In this document: piece by piece, positions 59,845 to 64,000 of the stretch
How the letters are laid out: each line of letters opens with the position of its first letter
How positions within the stretch are numbered: the stretch's first letter is position 1
Source: an uncultured Bacteroidales bacterium
GTDB lineage: Bacteria; Bacteroidota; Bacteroidia; Bacteroidales; PUMT01
Assembly: GCA_964520585.1 (NCBI GenBank)
Contig: CAZFOO010000005.1
Span: 6,180 to 70,179 of the forward strand
DNA length: 64,000 nucleotides
Direction: 5' to 3'
Notes under the pieces: generated by a model
The model's database searches: none
The model's input: the letters and a program-made list of their open reading frames with translations, nothing else
Told to the model about the DNA's origin: nothing
Made by a program: the position numbers and the translations under genes

Positions 59845-60603
59845 CTATTCTGCGAAGTACTCCCTGCATATTTTTGTATAAAAACCCAGATCCATGCCGT
59901 TGGACCTCATCAGTTCCTTATCCCTGATTATTTCTGCACTGGAACCGACGGCAGTAATCTCTCCCCTGTTTATCACTGCTATTCTGCTGCAACATGATAG
60001 CAGTGGAAGGACGGACTGGGATACAATAACAATTGTTGCTTCGAGGCCGTTGATAATATTTATAAGCTGAAGAACCATCGCGGGGTCCAGACTTGAAAAG
60101 GGTTCATCAAAAGCAATTACCTCAGGGTCAATTGCCAGTACAGTTGCCAGTGCAACACGTTTTCGTTCACCCATGGACATGTGATGGGACTCAGATTTTT
60201 CAGAACCGGCCAGATTCATAGACTCAAGAGCATCCTTAACTCTTTTGTCAGTCTCCTCAATGCTGAATCCGAAGTTGAGCGGACCAAAAGCAATATCCTC
60301 TTCCACTGTAGGATTGAATAACTGGTCATCAGGATTCTGAAATACCAGTCCCACTTTGCGCCGGATTTCGGCCAAATTCCTTTTTTCAACCACTGTGCCA
60401 CCTACACTGACCTTTCCTTTTCCGCCAAGTATGCCGTTAAGGTGAAGCAGCAACGTGGATTTACCCGCACCTGAGGGACCGATGATACCCAATTTTTCTC
60501 CGGGATTTATATCCAGCGAAATATTATTGAGCACCGGTTTCTCCGGTGAGTATGAAAAAGTCAGATTTTCTATATGTATTCCGGCAGGCATAATTTTAGT
60601 CAA
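59845..60603 (-). CDS. cbiO: ECF transporter ATPase (CbiO/NikO-type)
   Basis: Walker A is GPSGAGKST, the signature-like motif is MSMGERKR, and Walker B is IAFDEPFSSLD. Confidence 0.85.
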   Translation of the reverse strand: MTKIMPAGIHIENLTFSYSPEKPVLNNISLDINPGEKLGIIGPSGAGKSTLLLHLNGILGGKGKVSVGGTVVEKRNLAEIRRKVGLVFQNPDDQLFNPTVEEDIAFGPLNFGFSIEETDKRVKDALESMNLAGSEKSESHHMSMGERKRVALATVLAIDPEVIAFDEPFSSLDPAMVLQLINIINGLEATIVIVSQSVLPLLSCCSRIAVINRGEITAVGSSAEIIRDKELMRSNGMDLGFYTKICREYFAE

Positions 60604-61376
60604 TTAAACAGGAAACAACCCATGCTGTGATTTGTTAAACGGATTGCCAAAAATATGATTATAAATAAAGATGAATACAAAATATCTCTTGTACCTGCAT
60701 TCATTTTTTGCATTGGTGGAAACTCCCCCTTAAATCCTCTGGATAACATAGATTTATGAACTGTTTGTGAACGCTCCCAGCTTCTCAGGAATATCAGGGC
60801 GGACTGGTTTCCGAAGGTTTTTAACCTGCTTACTTTTAGTTTTCCGGGGGTCCTGCTATCCCTTGCCCTGGTAGTTTTCAATGCCTCGTCATAAAGAATA
60901 AAAATATACCTGTACATGAGTGCCGATAAGATTCCAACCAGCTTTGGCATCCTGAGCCGCCTCAAACCAAGCAACAGGTTGTGGAACTTTTCAGTGGAAA
61001 CAAGCATAGTAAGCAGGATAACAGATAAATATGCCTTAAAAATTATCGACAATGCAATCCCGAACTCCGGCAGAAGCAGTTGAAGGGAATGGTCATTATT
61101 TGTTAATGCGGCTGAAACAGGATGAAAAAGTGCTGCCATCAAAATAAAGGGAGAAACTATCAGGCATCTGCTGAGAATAAATTTCAGAGGTATGCGGCTG
61201 ATAACAAGTATTATAAAAATGATGCCACCATAAAAAACAAATGACCCGGTTTCGCCGCGAGGTTCCGATACTATTATAACAATGGCAGAAAATACGGCTA
61301 CCAGCTTAACCGTGGGATCCAGCCTGTGAATGTGTGAATTCAGGCCACTATACTTATCAATAAACGAATGCTTCAA
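60600..61376 (-). CDS. cbiQ: ECF transporter T component (CbiQ/NikQ-type)
   Basis: 258-aa membrane protein with the motif ARDSR, sitting between cbiM and cbiO. It overlaps cbiO by 4 nt. Confidence 0.8.
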   Translation of the reverse strand: MKHSFIDKYSGLNSHIHRLDPTVKLVAVFSAIVIIVSEPRGETGSFVFYGGIIFIILVISRIPLKFILSRCLIVSPFILMAALFHPVSAALTNNDHSLQLLLPEFGIALSIIFKAYLSVILLTMLVSTEKFHNLLLGLRRLRMPKLVGILSALMYRYIFILYDEALKTTRARDSRTPGKLKVSRLKTFGNQSALIFLRSWERSQTVHKSMLSRGFKGEFPPMQKMNAGTRDILYSSLFIIIFLAIRLTNHSMGCFLFN

Positions 61377-61921
61377 CTTTTTTCACTGTTGTTATTCATT
61401 GCCTGTTTTGCTTTTATCCCGTATATAATTCCGGTCAGGCCAAAAATAAGTGCCAATCCGGTAATTATGCTGTAAAAAACCGGAAAGTCATTCACTACTT
61501 CAATATTTTCAACTTCAACCATCTGGTCCTTAATTTCTTCTGCAACGGCGTCTTCAGATGCAGGTTGATCTCCGGTAAAGAATGTATCGGAGATTTCAAT
61601 AGTGGCCCTGTCCGCATGACCTCTCTCATCATCGACCCTCAGGGCCCATTCCCCTGACCGGTCCGGCATAAAGGCAAAATTCCCGGCCCTGTCTGTCCGT
61701 CCGCTCTGGTAAGGCTGATCATCACCCGGAGCATACACATCAACCCTGGCATCAACCAGCGGAGCAGTTGCAGAAAAAGAAGCCCTAACAATGATAACCG
61801 GAGGTTCTTTTGAGAATTCAAAGCTGATGCCATGTGCGGCACTTTCAATACTGAAAGAAACCAATAGAAACATATTCAGTATAAACGCCCTGCCAATAAA
61901 ATTTTTCATGATATATTCCAT
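61373..61921 (-). CDS. exported beta-sandwich protein with C-terminal TM anchor; candidate NikK/NikL-type accessory component
   Basis: It has a signal peptide and a transthyretin/DUF4198-like segment (VDVYAPGDDQPYQSGRTDRAGNFAFMPDRSGEWALRVDD). A C-terminal TM segment follows. It occupies the slot normally held by cbiN. Confidence 0.45.
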   Translation of the reverse strand: MEYIMKNFIGRAFILNMFLLVSFSIESAAHGISFEFSKEPPVIIVRASFSATAPLVDARVDVYAPGDDQPYQSGRTDRAGNFAFMPDRSGEWALRVDDERGHADRATIEISDTFFTGDQPASEDAVAEEIKDQMVEVENIEVVNDFPVFYSIITGLALIFGLTGIIYGIKAKQAMNNNSEKS

Positions 61922-62002
61922 TAAGTTAAAAACTCTTTACTAAATCAGGGATATTTGATAATAATATAACCGGTTAATGAAATAACCGGGGAATAGCTGA
62001 TT

Positions 62003-62578
62003 TTATTTCAGTATTCCGGGTTTGACCCTACGAAAAAATTTAACCGCCGAAAAAGTAATGGCACTTTCAATGCCGGCAGCAACCAGGTAAACAGAAAACA
62101 GATAAACTATCCCTCTCCCGTAGCCGGACAACCTGAATTCAGTCGCCATAAGCAATGCAGGTACTATTATTCCGAAAAATCCGGCAAGAAGTGCCCTGAT
62201 AAATTCAGGAATCTTCACCATCTTCCATATCAGCCAGGCAGAATATGCACCGGTCCCCATATTAAGCGCATTAACACCCAGGGTAATAAGTCCCCCATGC
62301 TGAAAAATAAGGGACTGGAAGAGGAGTGCTGTAAAAATTGCCGGAAACGCATGTTTTCCAAGAATAATTCCGGCCATACCAAATAAACCGAGATGAATTG
62401 AGGTCCCCGCAAAAGGAAAATGAATCAATGAAGCTACAAACAGCGCAGCACCCATAATACCGACCCCGGGAATTTCCTCAACAGGCATCTTTTTACCAGA
62501 AACATACAAAATGCCAGCTGAAACTACATGAGCAGCAATACAGATATTTGTATCTATAATTCCATCAGCTATATGCAT
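62003..62578 (-). CDS. cbiM: ECF transporter substrate-capture component CbiM/NikM
   Basis: It starts MHIADGI, the conserved metal-binding N-terminus. It is 191 aa with multiple TM segments. Confidence 0.85.
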   Translation of the reverse strand: MHIADGIIDTNICIAAHVVSAGILYVSGKKMPVEEIPGVGIMGAALFVASLIHFPFAGTSIHLGLFGMAGIILGKHAFPAIFTALLFQSLIFQHGGLITLGVNALNMGTGAYSAWLIWKMVKIPEFIRALLAGFFGIIVPALLMATEFRLSGYGRGIVYLFSVYLVAAGIESAITFSAVKFFRRVKPGILK

Positions 62579-62677
62579 GTTAAATAACAGATTTTTTCAT
62601 ATCCCTGGTTAGCCTTGAGCTATATGCAAATAATTTAAAATGTACAAATATACAAATGTTCATTTATTTTTTTCCAG

Positions 62678-62705
62678 TTGAATTTTCCATCAGTTGAAAA
62701 TTCAA
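62678..62705. promoter_or_regulatory. perfect 10-bp inverted repeat, candidate operator upstream of cbiM
   Basis: The sequence is TTGAATTTTC-N8-GAAAATTCAA, located 100-127 nt upstream of the cbiM start. Confidence 0.45.
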
Positions 62706-62950
62706 TAAAGAAGAATATTTTGGACGGTTAATTGACCCAATCAATTTTTCAACGGCCATAAGTCCGCAATATGTAAAGCATTTCCATGAAAAAACGACGC
62801 AATCAATTTCTTATCCATTGAGAAAAACAACAATTAATAGTCGGGTATCACTAAATCGTTAAAACTTTCAAAGAGTTTAGAAATAGCATACATCGTTTAC
62901 GGTTCTTTGACTCCGTCAATAAATAAGCTAATTTTGTAAAAAAAGAGATC

Positions 62951-64000
62951 AATGGTACATGAATCAACCATAGCCGCAATATCAACTCCACCCGGACAGG
63001 GAGCAATAGCTGTATTGCGCCTGAGCGGGGAAAATACCATGGCTATATGCGACAGGATATTTCATTCTGCCGGAGATGGTTTACCTCTGTCTGAACGACC
63101 TCCCAATACCATACATTACGGAAGAATTATTGAAGACGGACAGATGATCGACGAGGTGATGGTTTCCATATTCAGGTCACCCCGCTCCTACACCGGAGAA
63201 GACCTTGCAGAAATATCATGCCACGGATCAGTCTATATACAGCAAAAGATCCTTCAGATACTTCTTGATCACGGTGCCGTTCTTGCCAAACCCGGCGAGT
63301 TTACGCAACGGGCATTTTTAAACGGGAAGATGGATCTTTCCCAGGCAGAGGCGGTCTCCGATCTTATTGCTTCCGAATCAGCTGCTTTCCATAAAGTTGC
63401 CATTGAGCAAATGAGAGGGGGCTTTTCAAAAGAAATTAAGGCTCTTCGCCAGCGGTTACTGAATTTTATTTCACTGGTGGAGTTGGAACTGGACTTTAGT
63501 GAGGAGGATGTTGAGTTTGCAGATCGTACAGAATTAAAAGAACTTCTCTCCGGCATATCTGAAATGCTAAAATCTCTTACCGGGTCATTTGCTTTCGGAA
63601 ACGCCTTGAAAAACGGGATTCCTGTAGTCATTGCCGGAAAGCCGAATGTCGGGAAGTCCACCCTGTTAAATCAGCTTTTAAAGGAAGAAAAAGCACTTGT
63701 TTCTGAAATTCCGGGAACTACCCGCGATTCTATCGAAGACGTTATCCATCTTGAGGGAATAAGCTTCCGGTTTATCGATACTGCGGGACTGCGGGAAACC
63801 ACAGACACGGTAGAGATAATGGGAATAGAGCGCACCATGGAAAAGATTAAACAGGCCGGTATTGTATTGCTTATGGTTGAAGCAACCGATACCGCTGAAC
63901 ATATTAATCATTTGCTGGAAGGATTGCGAAGTAAGCAGGAATTTAAAGATAAAAAGATAATACTACTTTTGAATAAATATGATCTTACTCTCCAAAACAA
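62951..64000 (+). CDS. mnmE: tRNA modification GTPase MnmE (5' partial, runs off window)
   Basis: My own translation from the ATG at 62951 gives MVHESTIAAISTPPGQGAIAVLRLSG...PGEFTQRAFLNGKMDLSQAEAV...GKPNVGKSTLLN...PGTTRD. It is absent from the ORF track because no stop codon falls within the window. Confidence 0.9.

Overview
Low-GC chromosomal segment that looks like Bacteroidota. Supporting signs are a CarboxypepD_reg-type TonB-dependent receptor, a PorT-like outer-membrane barrel, a long NagB/PIG-L fusion, TTG-N21-TAnnTTTG promoter motifs, and no Shine-Dalgarno sequences. From ~9.6 kb to 64 kb the window is tightly packed with ordinary housekeeping and metabolic genes: fetAB-like exporter, AI-2E transporter, HtrA protease, SRAP peptidase, GH13 amylase, a biotin-dependent acyl-CoA carboxylase trio, thiol-disulfide oxidoreductases, M48 protease, nagA plus a Na-solute symporter, fabG, pyrD, long nagB, DUF368, phosphosulfolactate synthase, folD, ffh, argS, a GT4 glycosyltransferase, sucD, a larC-larB-larE cluster fused to a CbiMQO-type Ni/Co ECF transporter, and the 5' part of mnmE. 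No tRNA, rRNA or CRISPR array was seen. The first ~9.6 kb is an accessory mosaic. It holds a HigB/HigA-like toxin-antitoxin pair, a DUF433 gene followed by a frameshifted DUF5615-like ORF, and a degraded IS transposase. It also holds at least three copies of an unclassified ~125-nt repeat that ends at the same sequence in its two best copies. The most unusual item is a pair of identical ~490-510-bp direct repeats that bracket a TonB-dependent receptor gene. Each repeat carries what reads as a complete small transcription unit: a Bacteroidota-type promoter, ~320 nt of comparatively GC-rich hairpin-rich sequence, and a strong intrinsic terminator. I could not assign this candidate RNA to any known class. 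A 320-aa protein with an internal domain duplication and a lar cluster lacking larA are secondary leads. All homology calls come from reading motifs by eye; no database search was run.
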